Shown: in pieces, positions 1-13,744 of the stretch
Layout of the letters: every line of letters starts with the position of its first letter
How positions within the stretch are numbered: the first letter of the stretch is position 1
Source of the DNA: Octopus vulgaris
Lineage: Eukaryota
Assembly: GCA_951406725.2 (NCBI GenBank)
Contig: OX597825.1
Span: forward strand, 84,010,001 to 84,074,000
Length of the DNA stretch: 64,000 bases
Direction: 5' to 3'
The notes under the pieces: generated by a model
What the model saw: the letters and a program-made list of their open reading frames with translations, nothing else
Database searches by the model: none
Told to the model about the DNA's origin: nothing
Made by a program: the position numbers and the translations under genes

Positions 1-431
1 AAAAAACGTATACAGTACTGTTTCTACTTCATGGATTTGATGATAGTCAAGGGATCACTGCACACCATAAACATACATGATAAGAATAATAAGATTAACG
101 AAGGGGGAACATTGTTACATGACGACAATAATAACAGAAAAATGGTTCTAATGATGACAGGGATGATGATGATGACGATGATGATGAAGCATGGCAATGA
201 TGATTCAAGCAGATGAATGCCAACCATGGTGACAGAAGAATGAAGATGATGACTGCAAAGACACAATGTCACCAAGGTCACCACAACCACCACCATTATC
301 ATCATCATCATCATCATCAGTTGTTAACAACAGACAGTGAGAGGAAGAAGGGGGGAAGATTTAAAAAGGGGGGAGTTAGAGGTCGAAAGAGAGAAAGTAG
401 TGAAGTGGAACAAGTCGGGATTTGAACTCAC

Positions 432-509
432 ATGTGTTTCGCACCAGCATTAATCCGCAAGTCGTGTTTGATCAAGCGAATCACCATTTTCAGATCGTTA
501 CCTGTACAC
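432..509 (-). CDS. LIG3: LIG3 coding exon 8 (RCTGNDLKMVIRLIKHDLRINAGAKH); gene continues beyond the window start
   Basis: 78 nt, AG/GT bounded, phase 2-2; CT.NDLK.IIRLIKHDL..N.GAKH motif. Confidence 0.93.
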
Positions 510-1622
510 CTGACATTTAAAAAGGAGAAACTGGGATCAAACATAGAACAACAACAACAACAACAATAATAAAGGTTTCAAGTTTTGGCACAGAGCCAGC
601 AGTTTTTGAGGGGAGGGGTAAGTCAATTACATTGATCTTGAAAGAATGTAAGGCAAAGTCGACATCAGCGGAATTTGAACTCAGAACGCTAAGATGAACG
701 AAATGTCACTAAGCATTCTGCCCAGCATGCTAACAGTTTTGTCATCTTACCACCTTAACAACAACAACAATAATAACAACAATAATAATAATAATACAAT
801 ACCAGGAAACCCCAAAATGGCAGAAATTCAAAAGATAGTGCTCATGGGAACTACCCATATCCTACGCAAAATACTTTCTATGTAATCTCAAGTTTTAAAA
901 CAAACACAATTTTCATATGGTTTTTTTAGGTATTCACTAGTACAACACTAAGTACAAAACCAAATATATGGCACCCTAGGCATAACACCAACACGAACTT
1001 CCAACTTGTTGCCTCTTGAGGTCTCTGGGCGAGACTTGGAGTCAACTTGTACAAATATAAAGCAAAAGTCAAATATAGAATAATAATAATAATAATAATA
1101 ATAATGATCGTTAGGCATGGCTGTGTGGTAAGAAGTTTGCTTCCCAGCCATATGGTTCCAGGTTCAGTCCCACTACATAGCACTTTGGGCAAGTGTCTTT
1201 TACTTGAGCCTTGGGGTCAACCAAAGCCACACGAGTGGATTTGATGGAAGGAAAGTGAAAGAAACCCCATCGTGTATGCGTATGTGTCTTTGTAAGTGTT
1301 TGTCCTCCACCACCACTCGACAACGAGTATTGGTTTGTTTACATCCTCATAACCTAACAGTTCAGCAAAAGCAACTGATAAATAAGTACCAGGCTTGAAA
1401 AAAAGCACTAGGGTCAATTTGTCCAACTAAAATTCCTCAGGGTGGGGCCCAAACATGGACACAGTTAAATGACTGAAACATGTAAAAGACGAGAGATATT
1501 GTACCTGACAGGTAGAGGGAGAATCTGTCTGGGGCACTTGTTGTTTGATGTCTGTTACAGGTAGGCATTCATGTATGCAGCAGAAAACACTTTAAATGTC
1601 TTGATATAAAAAAACATTTTAC

Positions 1623-1702
1623 CTTTTAGTAATTTTGGTGAGGTATCTCTGTTGATCGTCTTCTTTAGTAACTTTTGAGAGATCTGTTAAGAGTTGATCC
1701 AC
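1623..1702 (-). CDS. LIG3: LIG3 coding exon 7 (VDQLLTDLSKVTKEDDQQRYLTKITK)
   Basis: 80 nt, AG/GT bounded, phase 0-2; VD..L..LSK.TKED.QQ motif. Confidence 0.93.
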
Positions 1703-2439
1703 CTGCAATGGACAGCACCAGATACAAATATAAACACACACACACATTTTTAAGCAAACACTCTTTCAAACATATATGCTGTTGCTCATGAAAAGACACT
1801 TTTGTGTGAATGTATGTTTATATATACAAGTGTACACAGATATATTACATATATATATATATATATATATTGGTAAAAACGGTAAGACAACAAAAGAAAG
1901 AAAGAGACCTCAATATTATGTAAATAGAGGAATTTATCTGTAAATGTAATATGTGACAATTATTCGGTAGCCAAGATAAAACTCTGAGTTTCAGATGCCG
2001 AGGTGGAAATCCACAACACCATCTCTTCGGTTATCTGGCCATCTGAAAAACAAGAGATGGTGTTGTGGATTTCCACCTCGGCATCTGAAACTCAGAGTTT
2101 TATCTTGGCTACCGAATAATTGTCACATATTATTTTACATATATATATATATATATTTACACACACACACACACACATATATGTATATACACAGATGCAC
2201 AAACACACATATTTGTACACACACACATATATATATATATACATATAATCATTAACATTGATTAATATCCATTTCACATGCTGTCATGGGTTGGATGGTT
2301 CAAGCCAGAGGACTGCATCAAGGTCCGTTATCTTCTTTGACATAGTTTCTATGGCAACATTCACTTTACAGAATGTACTGGGTGCAATACTCTTGGCACC
2401 AGCACTAGTGTGTATAAACATACACACACACAAATTGAG

Positions 2440-2760
2440 ACCCCCTTCGGTCATGACACAAGAGAAAGTTACTGTCCCAGGCACAAGTTCGGGCAAGGTT
2501 GTTAATGGAAGACCAGAAGTCGCCCATGCATACCAGCCTCCCCTCTCCACACCACCAGTGTTGTCCAAGGGAAAGGCAAAGGGGCTGATACATCTTGGCA
2601 CTTGTGATGCCGCAACTCATTTCTACAGCTGAGTGAACTGGAGCAACATGAAATAAAGTGTCTTGCTCAAGAACACAACACACAGCCCGGTGCGGGATTC
2701 GAACTCACAACCTCACGATCGTAAGCTCGATGCTCTAACCACAGAGCCATGTGCCTTCAC
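2440..2760 (-). mobile_element. tRNA-derived SINE of a further family
   Basis: Head with TGGCTCTGTGGTTAGAGC and GAGTTCGAATCC boxes, then gtgttcttgagcaagacacttta core. Confidence 0.7.
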
Positions 2761-2845
2761 ACATACAAATACACTATCACCACTTCCAATAGGCGAACCG
2801 CGGCATTAATTCCAAAGACACTTTCAAAAGATTGAATGCACTTAC

Positions 2846-2932
2846 TTCTTGTAATGAGATGGTGCTTTTCTTCTGAGGTAGTAACTTGCTGTTGTTTTCG
2901 AAGAACATCCGGATAGTTTCAGCAACATCCCC
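2846..2932 (-). CDS. LIG3: LIG3 coding exon 6 (GDVAETIRMFFENNSKLLPQKKSTISLQE)
   Basis: 87 nt, AG/GT bounded, phase 0-0; GDV.ETIR.FFE motif. Confidence 0.93.
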
Positions 2933-3064
2933 CTGTTGACAGAATTTCAATGGATTTATTTATATTTCAGTTTTTAAAAAATACTTCAATCTAATATTAA
3001 CACAACAATTAATTGACTTTCTACAACTAATTAACTAGTCAGATTATATTAATATATATATATA

Positions 3065-3357
3065 CTAGCAGCATCGCCCGGCGTTGCTCGGGTTTGTAAG
3101 GGAAATAACTATATAAGCATGTTTAGAGAGTTATATAATAGCAAAAAAATGCATTAAAAATGGAAAAATATGATGGTAATTTTTTTTTTAAATCATAGAC
3201 TCATCGTAGATGCGCGCTAATACCCAGAAGGGCTCGATATGAATCACGACTATAAGATACCCGCTTTTGGTTAAACTGCACCGCAAAATGTGGGAGTAGT
3301 TAGGAATCTAAATCGTAGGAAACAGACACCACACAACTTCAGTTTTATATATATAGA
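3065..3357 (-). mobile_element. Non-autonomous Helitron
   Basis: Minus strand begins TCTATATATATAAAA and ends with a CCCGAGCAACGCCGGG hairpin then CTAG; inserted between A and T. Confidence 0.8.
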
Positions 3358-4854
3358 TATATATATATATATATATATACATATATCATCATCATTATCG
3401 TTGTTTAACATCCGCTTTCCATGCTGGCATGGGTTGGACGATTTGACTGAGGGCTGGCAAACCAGATGGCTGCACCAGGCTTCAATCTCGATCTGGCAGA
3501 GTTTCTACAGCTGGATGCCCTTCCTAACGCCAACCACTCTGAGAGTGTAGTGGGTGCTTTAACGTGCCACCAGCACGGGGCCAGTCAGGCGGTACTGGCA
3601 ACAACCTCGCTCGAAACTTTTAACACAGCACAAGCTAATTCATTGTGGACTAATTTGGCCGAACAGAGGTTATGAGGTTATCATGGTAAGAGTTAAGAGA
3701 TGAGAGGGTTATACTTGATGTACAGAGAGGATGGTTATAAAAGAAGTAGAGAAACAAGAGACAAGTATAGAAGAATTACAGACAGGGAGACAAGATAATT
3801 TTAGTTGCAAGTACGGTGAGAAGAGATAGTTTATTCTTGAAGCTCAGAGAAATGACATAAATATTTGCAGTGTGGAAGGTGTTTGTAAGCCATTTAAGAA
3901 ACACACAAAAACCGTTAAAAATCACTTCAACATTTAAATTTAATTTGTCAAAATATTTCCGTCGCTTTGAGACCGCGACCTTTTCTCTGACAAAACTCCG
4001 TGCTGCATCACGGTCTGAAAGCGACGAAAATATTTTGACAAATTAAATTTAAATGTTGAAGTGAATCTAACGGTTTTTGTGTGTTTCTTAAATGGCTTAT
4101 AAACACCTTCCATGCTGCAATTATTTTCATTCCAGCACATGATCTCAGATCAGGTCACTTGCTATGCAAGTACATCTCCATAAAGACATAATTATAGCTG
4201 AAGTACAAAGAGAAGAGACAACAGAAGTACAGAGAGAGGGGACAGTTGATATTTTGAAGTACAGAGTGGCCAAGACAGCCAGAGTACAAGATAGTGACAG
4301 GAGAATATGGAAGGGAAATTCCATCAGACAAGAGAATTTGGTTATTAGGGTTTTAGACTGGCCGTTATTAAGCAGGCCTATTATCAAAGGCACTCCAGCT
4401 GTGACCATCCCATCAATTTTTATGTTCTTAAAAATAGTGTGTTAATTTATGTTATCCAACATCCTTGTTTGTTTGTTTCTAATGACAGCAGAGTAGGAAT
4501 CGGTAAGATTTAAATGCTATTTCTATCTCAGGTTGTGTCATGTACACACACACACACACACACACATACACACACACACACACTCCAAAAGCCCCCACCC
4601 ATCCAGCACTCACTTCTCTGAAACCCCCATGGTCAATTCTGCCCACCCCACTCCACCTCCCATACACACGACTGGATGCCCTACCACCCACTCACTCCTT
4701 TGAAAGTCCTGTACTCACATTTGTCACCACCCACACACACAGACACACTCATACAATCACATCTACACACACACACACACACACACAAATTACATCTGTC
4801 CCACACACGCACAACACATTCAGACAGTCACACACAGAACAATGCAGAAGACAA

Positions 4855-4865
4855 AATAATAATAA

Positions 4866-4954
<89 letters not shown>

Positions 4955-5007
4955 GTAATAATAATAATAATAATAATAACAGTAATAATAATAATAATAA
5001 TAATAAT
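4855..5007. repeat. (AAT)n/(AGT)n compound microsatellite
   Basis: Directly visible. Confidence 0.97.
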
Positions 5008-5789
5008 TGGTGCATCATTGCCATAAAATGTGACAAGAGTGTTGTGGGTAGCGGAGAGAGAGAGAGGAGAGAGCGCCATAAATGGCAAGGTAGTTATTAT
5101 GGAGTAAATCAGTGGGAAGAAGTCAGAAGAGTCATCAGTAAAAGCTTAAGGTCAACATTGCTTGACATCCATCATATTGACAACATCCCACACACAAGAC
5201 TGTCAGCAGCGACAGCAACAGCGGCAGCAGCAGTAGCAGTTGTAGCAGTAGAAACGGCAGCAACAGCAGCAGCAACAAAAGAAGAAGAAAGGACAAACAA
5301 CAACAGCCGCAGCAACAACTACAACAATACAACACAGGAAATATCTCTTCACAGCACAAAGTGTTGTGGTGTTTGGTGTTGTTGGTGTTTAGCCCCAGGT
5401 AAGCCTAATCAGGCAGGCCTATGATCAAAGACATACCAGCAATGACCATCTTTTATTCACACATAGCATATCCTCTATGATTAGATTATTCAATGCATCC
5501 ATTTTTATCATCATCATCATCATCGTTTAACGTCCGCTTTCCATGCTAGCATGGGTTGGACTGTTTCGACTGGGGGCTGGCGAACCAGATGGCTACGACA
5601 GGCTCCAATCTTGATCTGGCAGAGTTTCTACAGCTGGATGCCCTTCCTAACGTCAACCACTCCAAGAGTGTAGTGGGTGCTTTTTACGTGCCACTGGCAC
5701 GCGGGCCAGTAAGGTGATACTGGCAACAACCTTCCTCAAATCTTTTTACACATGCCACCAGCACAGGTGCCAGTACGGCAACGCTGACA

Positions 5790-6640
5790 TGATGATATAT
5801 AGGTCCTTCAAGGGAAACTTTACAAAGAAGAACAAAAGTGTATTTGAGGTCTGATATCTGAGGAACTTAGCATGATGAAGGTTTCCCACACACTGGATGC
5901 AGCATCTGACACCTGATCAAAGTCACACAAGGTTGATCAAGTCATAGGAAAATCTGACATTGTCTGAGACAAATCCAGCTGGTTTCCTTTAACATTTCCT
6001 AAGCCAGGACCAGTATTCGCTTCAGCACTTTGAGTTAGAGACAAAGAGACAATCCATGCAGTGGAAACACTCCTCCTTACTGCCTCCAAAGAAGGCCAAA
6101 AGTGGTTTCATTCGCAGGGAAGGTACTGATCTCAGTTTTTGGGGATACAACAGGCATTGTGTATATTGACTTTCTTCAAAAGGGCCACAACATCAATGGA
6201 AAATATCATGCTAACCTGCTGAGGCAATTATGAAAGGCTATCAAGACCAAACACTTAGGAAAACTGACGAAAGGTCTCTTGTTTCATCAGGACAATGCTC
6301 CAGCACACAAGTCCTTAGTTTCGATGGATGATGTGCACGACTGTGGCCTTGAACTGGTTGATCACCATCCTTATTCTCCTGATTTGGCCCCATCTGACTA
6401 TCATCTGTTCCCCAACATGAGAAAAGCACTTGGCTGGGAACCAATATGGCAGTGATGATAATATAATACCTACTGTTGTTGACTTTTTGATGAATGAAAA
6501 GAAAGGTTCTTCATGAAAGGGATCCAAGCACTGCAACAGTGATAGAAGTATGTAGACAGCAAGGGGCCACTTTGTTGAAAGTAAACCTCATTGGGTCACA
6601 GTATCTTAGTCAGCCTATGAACTTTTCAGCCGACCCTGAT
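5790..6640 (+). mobile_element. Mariner transposase remnant (frameshifts and stops)
   Basis: Motifs ETKRQSMQWKH, IDFLQKGH.ING, LFHQDNAPAHKS and HPYSPDLAPSDYHLFP. Confidence 0.9.
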
Positions 6641-9600
6641 ATGTATGTTAGCTTCAGTCTAACAAATTCAGTCACAAGGCTTTGGTTGTCCCGGGGCTAT
6701 AACAGAAGACACTTGCATAAGGTGCTGTGCAGTGGAACTGAACCTAAGACCACATGACTGGGAAGCATGTTGTGCAAGCGTGGCTACCATCATCATCATC
6801 ATTGTTTAACGTCTGTTTTCCGTGCTAGCACAGGTTGAATGGTTCGACCGGGGTCTGGGAAGCCAAGGGGCTGCTCCAGACTCCAGTCTAGAAACACTGC
6901 CAGATCAGACTGGAGCCTGGTGCAGCCCCCTGGCTTCCCAGACCCTGGTCAAACCGTCCAACCCATGCTAGCATGGAAAGCGGATGTTAAACGATGATGA
7001 TGATGATGACAGCCATGCTTGCACCTAAGGTCAGCACTGCCTAACATCTATGATGCTGAGAACACGTGACATTTAGTGTGGGAAGAGAATCTTTGTGAGA
7101 TGGGGGAGGAATATGTCTGTCGTTACATTAAGCAAATCAAGTTAAAAACAGCACAAAACCATAATGGACTTCAGCAATTACTAACTCTACCTGCCCACCA
7201 TAATTACTAATGAGTAAGTCTCTCTCTTCCTCTGGCTTCTCCTCCAGTTGCTACTACAATGGCTTCTGTCTTCCCCCTCTATTTTTAAAACAATAACCTC
7301 CTCTGTTCATTTGAATCTAGTTGCGATACCAGTGCTGGTGGCATGTAAAAGAACCATCCGAATATGGCCATTGCCAGCTCCGCCTCGACTGGCCTCTGTG
7401 CCGGTGGCACGTAAAAAGCACCAACCAATCGTGGCTGTTGACAGCCCCGCCTGGCACCTGTGCTGGTGGCACGTAAAAAGCACCCACTACACTGGCGTTA
7501 GGAAGGGCATCCAGCTGTAGAAACACTGCCAGATCAGACTGGGTCTGGTGCAACACCCTGGCTTCCCAGACCTCGGTCGAACCGTCCAACCCATGCTAGC
7601 ATGGAAAGCGGACGTTAAACGATGATGATGATGATCTTACTCAACCAAGACCCCACAATTCCCGTCCATTTCTACTCGACCACCTCTTGTCACTTCTACT
7701 GTGCCTCACCTCCCCAACATCTTACTACACTAAACACTTAGGCCAATCCTTCTTCCCCTGAACTACATCCCTCTGGAAACCCCTCTCTACCAAATAGATG
7801 ATTTGCCAACAAAAGTCCAAACTGAACGTTAACCACATCAATCACACTAGTCTCCTCCATCAGTCAAAAGCCTCATCATTCATTCTCTTCAGATTATTAA
7901 TCCTTTTGATACCAACCCATCTGAGACCATCACCACTAGTTCTATGATATAAACTGTTTGAAAGAGATCTAAATTAAAAATCTGTTTGACAACCAATGTT
8001 GGTTTGTTTACAGCCCTGTAATTTAGTGGTTCGATAAAAAGTGACCAACAGAATACGAACTAGACTTAAAGCAAGTGACGAGGTCAGTTTGACAGAGTAA
8101 AACCCTTCAGAGCAGTGCCCCAGCATGGCCTCGGCTAAATGGCTGAAATAAATAAAAGAATATGATGAAAGGCATAGCATATCTTGGACAACATTTATCG
8201 AATGTGTCCTTTTTCACCAAGCACAAAATATAATTTGAGGGAGCTTTAGCTCCTATTTCTAGGATACAGGGAAACCATGCAGTGGCTCCTTTATTAGCTT
8301 ATGTTTTAAAACAGTTGGGTGGCCAGGCTTGGACTGACCAGAGAATCGCCAGAACAAAATCTAAGGGAGGTAACTTCCTTTACACCATTGATTTAAAAGT
8401 CAAGTGTTGCTTAGCCGTAAACTATTTCTGATCAGACCTACAATCAAAGCTATTCCAACCATGACCACACTGCCTTTCTTCAAAGATATCACCACCATAT
8501 ATCCAACGTCATTAATGTTCTGAGTTCTAATTCCGCCGAGGTCGACTTTGCCTTTCATCCTTTCGGGGTCGGTAAATAAAGTACCTATTTCTTTACTACC
8601 CACAAGGGGCTAAACACAGAGGGGACAAACAAGGACAGACAAACGGATTAAGTCGATTATATCGACCCCAGTAACTGGTACTTATTTAATCGACCCCGAA
8701 GGGATGAAAGGCAAAGTCGACCTCGGCGGAATTTGAACTCAGAACGTAGCGGCAGACGAAATACCGCTAAGCATTTCGTACGGCGTGCTAACGTTTCTGC
8801 CAACTCGCCGCCTAAATAAAGTACCGGTAAATAAAGTACCAGTTTCGCACTGGGGTCGATGTAATCGACTTAATCCCTTTGTCTATCCTTGTTTGTCCCC
8901 TCTATGTTTAGCCCCTTGTGGGCAGTAAAAAAAATATATATATATGCAACGTCATTCATTCCCAGTCTTCTGCAAAAAATATGCCTGGTTGGGGGAAATA
9001 TTCCCTTGTCTGAACACAACTGAGGGTTGGTGAAAGGAATTGAGAACATGTCTATCCATGAGGAAATGTTACTCTGCTTGGAAATGGGTGAGTGTCGGCA
9101 ACAGGAAGGGCATCTGGCTGTAGAGAATCTGCCTTAATAAACTGTCTGATTCATGCAAATATGAAAAAGTGGACATTGAAATGATGTTGATGATAATTTC
9201 TTTATTTCAAATTACCTGCTTTCGTTAAAATGAGTATCATTTGTAATTGTTAAATAAAAAAAATATGCATGCTCATCATAAGGACAAATTTCATCCGACC
9301 CATGCAAGTATGGAAATGTAGACATTAAAACAATGATGATGATGATGATGATGATGATGACTGCCTTTCTGTCACGTAGCCAAGAGAAACACACTCAGAA
9401 ACAGTAGTAAAAATGATGACCTTAGTGACCCGCCAAATATTGCACTGGGATACTCACCCCTAACAAAAGGAGAAGAACTTCAACCGGTTTGCTTTGAATG
9501 AGCTTTTCACTGTGGCCAACAGAAATTTGCAGATACAGGCTGAACAATAGAGAGAGTGCAACATGAGCAGAGAGATACACTGCACCCTGTATCATTCACC

Positions 9601-10200
9601 ATGCAGTATGGTTCCCTTATTTCTTTATTGCCCACAAGAGGCTAAACAGAGAGGGGACAAACAAGGACAGACAAAGGGATTAAGTCGATTACTGGTACTT
9701 TATTTATCGACCCCGAAAGGATGAAAGGCAACGTTGACCTCGGCGGAATTTGAACTCAGAACGTAACAGCAGACGAAATAACTATTTCTTTACTACCCAC
9801 AAGGGGCTAAACATAGAGGGGACAAACAAGGACAGACAAAGGGATTAAGTCGATTACATCGACCCCGGTACGTAACTGGTACTTAATTTATCGACCCCGA
9901 AAGGATGAAAGGCAAAGTCGACCTCAGCGGAATTTGAACTCAGAACGTAGTGGCAGACGAAATACAACTAAGCATTTCGCCCGGTGTGCTAACGATTCTA
10001 CCAGCTCGCCGCCTTATATAAACAGTTCTTGCCTTGATGGCAACCCTCAAGGCAAGAACAGAGGATAACTCGGAAGATTGGTCTCTTGGCAGCAACTAAT
10101 TGTTTGGTTGTCTACTTGTGTCTACTTCTAGGCTTGCTCAATAAAGATTGAGCCTGGGGCTATACAACGACAACAATTAAGAGATAAGAACATATATTAC

Positions 10201-10245
10201 CTGTTCTAAGTCTTTCACCATTTCTTCATGGTTTTCACCAAAAAT
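10201..10245 (-). CDS. LIG3: LIG3 coding exon 5 (IFGENHEEMVKDLEQ)
   Basis: 45 nt, AG/GT bounded, phase 0-0; matches LIG3 'IF....DM..DLEQ'. Confidence 0.9.
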
Positions 10246-12701
10246 CTATTAAAAGATAATAATAATTAATGAAAAAAAGGGGAAAATCTTATAAGAAAAT
10301 CATTTATAAAAAACACAAACACCCAGCAAAAATTCGTGAGTGACAATGGAAATTGTAGTGGTCAGGGAGTTGGGGCCAAAACTGAAGTTTGTATAAAATG
10401 TAAAGAATATTCCATCTAAAAAAAAGTATTTCTATTCAACGGTTAAATTCAGAAATATGCATGTGAGTGAGTGAGAGAGAGAGAGAGAGAGAGAGAATTC
10501 TTTTGTTCTTTTACTTGTTTCAGTCATTTGATTACTGCAGCCATGCTGGAGCACCGCATTTAGTCAAACAAATTATCCTTTGTTAGCTTAGTATTTATTT
10601 TATCGATCTCTTTTTGTCGAACTGCTAAATTACAGGGATGTAAACACACCAACATCGGTTGTCAGGCGATATGGGGGGGGAGGCAAACACAGACACACAC
10701 ATACAAACATATAAATATATATATATCATCATCATCATCATCGTTTAACGCCCGTTTTCCGTGCTAGCACGGGTTGGACGGTTCGACCAGGGTCTGGGAA
10801 GCCAGGAGGCTGCACCATTCTCCAGTCTGATCTGGCAGTGTTTCTACAGCTGGATGCCCTTCCTAACGCCAACCACTCCGTGAGTGTAGTGGGTGCGTTT
10901 TATGTGCCACTGGCACAGGTGCCAGGGGAGTCTGGCAGCGGCCACGATCAGTTGGTGCTTTTTACGTGCCACCGGCACGGAAGCCAGTCAAAGCGGCACT
11001 GGCATCGGCCTATATATACATATACGATGGGCTTCTTTTAGTTTCCATCTACTAAATCTACTTACAAGGCTTTGGTCGGTCCGAGGCTATAACAGAAGAT
11101 ACTTCCCCAAGCTGCCACGCAGTGGGACTGAACCCAAAACCATGGCAAGCTTCTTACCACACAGCCACGCCTGCGCCTGTATATTTCTGTCTATTTCATG
11201 AAAAACTGCTGTTAGGTAAGAGCTAGCCTAGGGTTAAACAACGAAACAAATTCCCTTACTAATATGTACCATATAACAGCTGCCTTAGGGACAACCTGTG
11301 GCAACACAGCAGCATCAACAACAGTGGAGGCACAAAGGCCCAATGGTTAGGGCAGCGGACTCACGGTCGGAGGATCGCGGTTTCAATTCCCAGACCAGGC
11401 GTTGTGAGTGTTTATTGAGCGAAAACACCTAAAGCTCCACGTGGCTCCGGCAGGGGGTGGTGGCGACCCCTGTTGTACTCTTTCACTCCAACTTTCCCTT
11501 ACTCTTTCTTCCTGTTTCTTCTCCCCGACTTCCTACGCAACTGCTGAGCCTAGATGCGCATTCATCCATCCGTCGATGCTCTCAGTGTCGGGGTGGTTGA
11601 CCTGCTTTCTCTTCTGCGGGTCTGACAAATAGCAAAGGACCAAACACGTTTCAGACTTCTCTCACTACAGAGGCGCGATCTTGCGAGCTCTGGGACGAAG
11701 ACCGCTTCGCTCAACCGCAACAGCAGCAACAACAACTGTAATATGATATTCAGAGGCAATCATTAAACCGTTTCGCAGCTGAATTTCAGAATTCGAGCGA
11801 TGAATAGAAAGTGTAGCAGGTGTAAGGGGAATAACTGTGTCATCTTATTTGTACCTTGCTAAGAATATTCGGTTTTTACTACCGGAAAATAAGGCGACGC
11901 GCTGGTAGAATCGTTAACATGCCAGACAAATTATTGAGAGACATTTTGTAAATTTGTACGTTCTGAGTTCAAATTTCAGCATTGCCTTTTATCCTTTCGG
12001 AAATGATGAAATAAGTACCGATTGGGGACTGGGTCGATGTAATTGACTTAACCCCCAAACCCCTCTCCTAAAACTTCTTTGGCGTTAGGAAGGGCATCCA
12101 GCTGTAGAAACTCTGCTAGATCAGATTGGAGCCTGGTGCAGCCTTCTGGCTCGCCAGTCCTCAGTCAAACCGTCCAACCCATGCCAGCATGGATAGCGGA
12201 CGTTAAACGACGATGATGATGGTGATATGCCTGAAAGGATTATTAATATTATTATTATTATTATTATTTATTATTATTCTTTCAGTTTCAGTCTACCAAA
12301 TCCACTCACAAGGCTTTGGTCGGCCCGGGGCTATAGTAGAAGACACTTGCCCAAGGTGCCACACAGTGGGACTGAACCCGGAACCATGTGGTTGGTATGC
12401 AAGATTCTTATCAGACAGGCGCACACACACACACAGACACACATACACACATACAATGGGCTTCTTTCAGTTCCTTTCTACCAAATCCATTCACAAACCT
12501 TGAAGCTGCAGCAAAAGATACTTGTCCAAGGTCCTAAGGTGGGACTGAACTCAAAGCCCGGTGATTGAGAAGAAAGTTTCTTCACCACCGAGGCAAATGA
12601 TCTTTTATTTCCTCATGCTTTCAGGGCATTACATGTAAATTAGACAAAAAAAAATCAATGGGGTTTCACTGATAAAGACAAAAATTGGGAACAGTTTTTA
12701 C

Positions 12702-12808
12702 CTGACTAAACAACTTAACGAGTTGTTTGCTATTCAGGTTGTAAACAAGTTTCACAACACCTGGCAGCAGAAGTTTCAACCACAGGTAGGTATCTCCGGA
12801 GAAAACAT
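12702..12808 (-). CDS. LIG3: LIG3 coding exon 4 (DVFSGDTYLWLKLLLPGVVKLVYNLNSKQLVKLFSQ)
   Basis: AG/GT bounded, 107 nt, phase 1-0; KLLLPGV..VYNLN.KQ.VKLFS motif. Confidence 0.95.
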
Positions 12809-13308
12809 CTGAAAGAATTCACAGAAAGAAAAAAGAGTTTGGTAAAATTATCGTGATATGGTAAAGTGGCGATTTCTAACTGTGAAGGTAACCCGTGGAG
12901 GAGGTAGACCCAGGAAGACATGGGATGAGGTGGTGAAGCATGACCTTTGGATGTTGCGTTTCATGACGGTGATGGCTGATGAGTGACCGAGATTTTTGGC
13001 AATTTACTGTGCTTGAGTAGACTCATCAAGCCAAGTGAAATTGTAATTGTGGACTGTGCCAGTGACACATGAAAGGCACCTGTGCTGGTGACACACGAGA
13101 GGTATCCACTACATCCTTGGAGTGGTCAGCATTAGGAAGGGCATCCAGCCATAGAAACCTCAAACCGTCTAACCCATGCCAGCATGGAAAACGGATGCTG
13201 TAAGTAAGTGTATGTAGGCAACGTACATACATATATAGAAATATACATACAAACATACACATAAATATACATATACATAAACAGAGATATACATACATAC
13301 ACAGAAAT

Positions 13309-13357
<49 letters not shown>

Positions 13358-13552
13358 CATATATATTTACATACAGCCATCCATACATCCACACACGCAT
13401 ATATATATACACATAGAGAGAGAGAGACAATAGATGAGAGAAAGAGAGAGAGGCAATAGACGAGAGTGAGTGGGGGAGGGAGAGAGAGAGAAAGACAAAT
13501 GATGAGAGAGAAAACAAAAGGGAGATTACAGGAAACCATTCCGAATGCTCAC

Positions 13553-13744
13553 CTCCGGAAGAACCTTTCTTCAACATATCGGACACCAACTGGGTCTTCC
13601 CCAGGTAAGTGTTCTCATCAGCAATCTTAGCACAAAGTTGTCGGAAACATCGGAAGGCGTCGTCTTTGTTGCCGCCTTTCTTGCCTTCTTTACTTTCACT
13701 TTCAGCACTGTTACTGGACGGTGACGGTGGAGGTGGTTTGCTCT
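13553..13744 (-). CDS. LIG3: LIG3 coding exon 3 (KDDAFRCFRQLCAKIADENTYLGKTQLVSDMLKKGSSG, start of DNA-binding domain)
   Basis: AG/GT bounded, 192 nt, phase 1-1; resembles LIG3 'KDCLLREFRKLCAMVA..PSYNTKTQII'. Confidence 0.92.

Noticed and set aside
4540-5424. 294-aa ORF with poly-Asn/Ser
   Set aside because: Stitched microsatellites inside a LIG3 intron, on the opposite strand.
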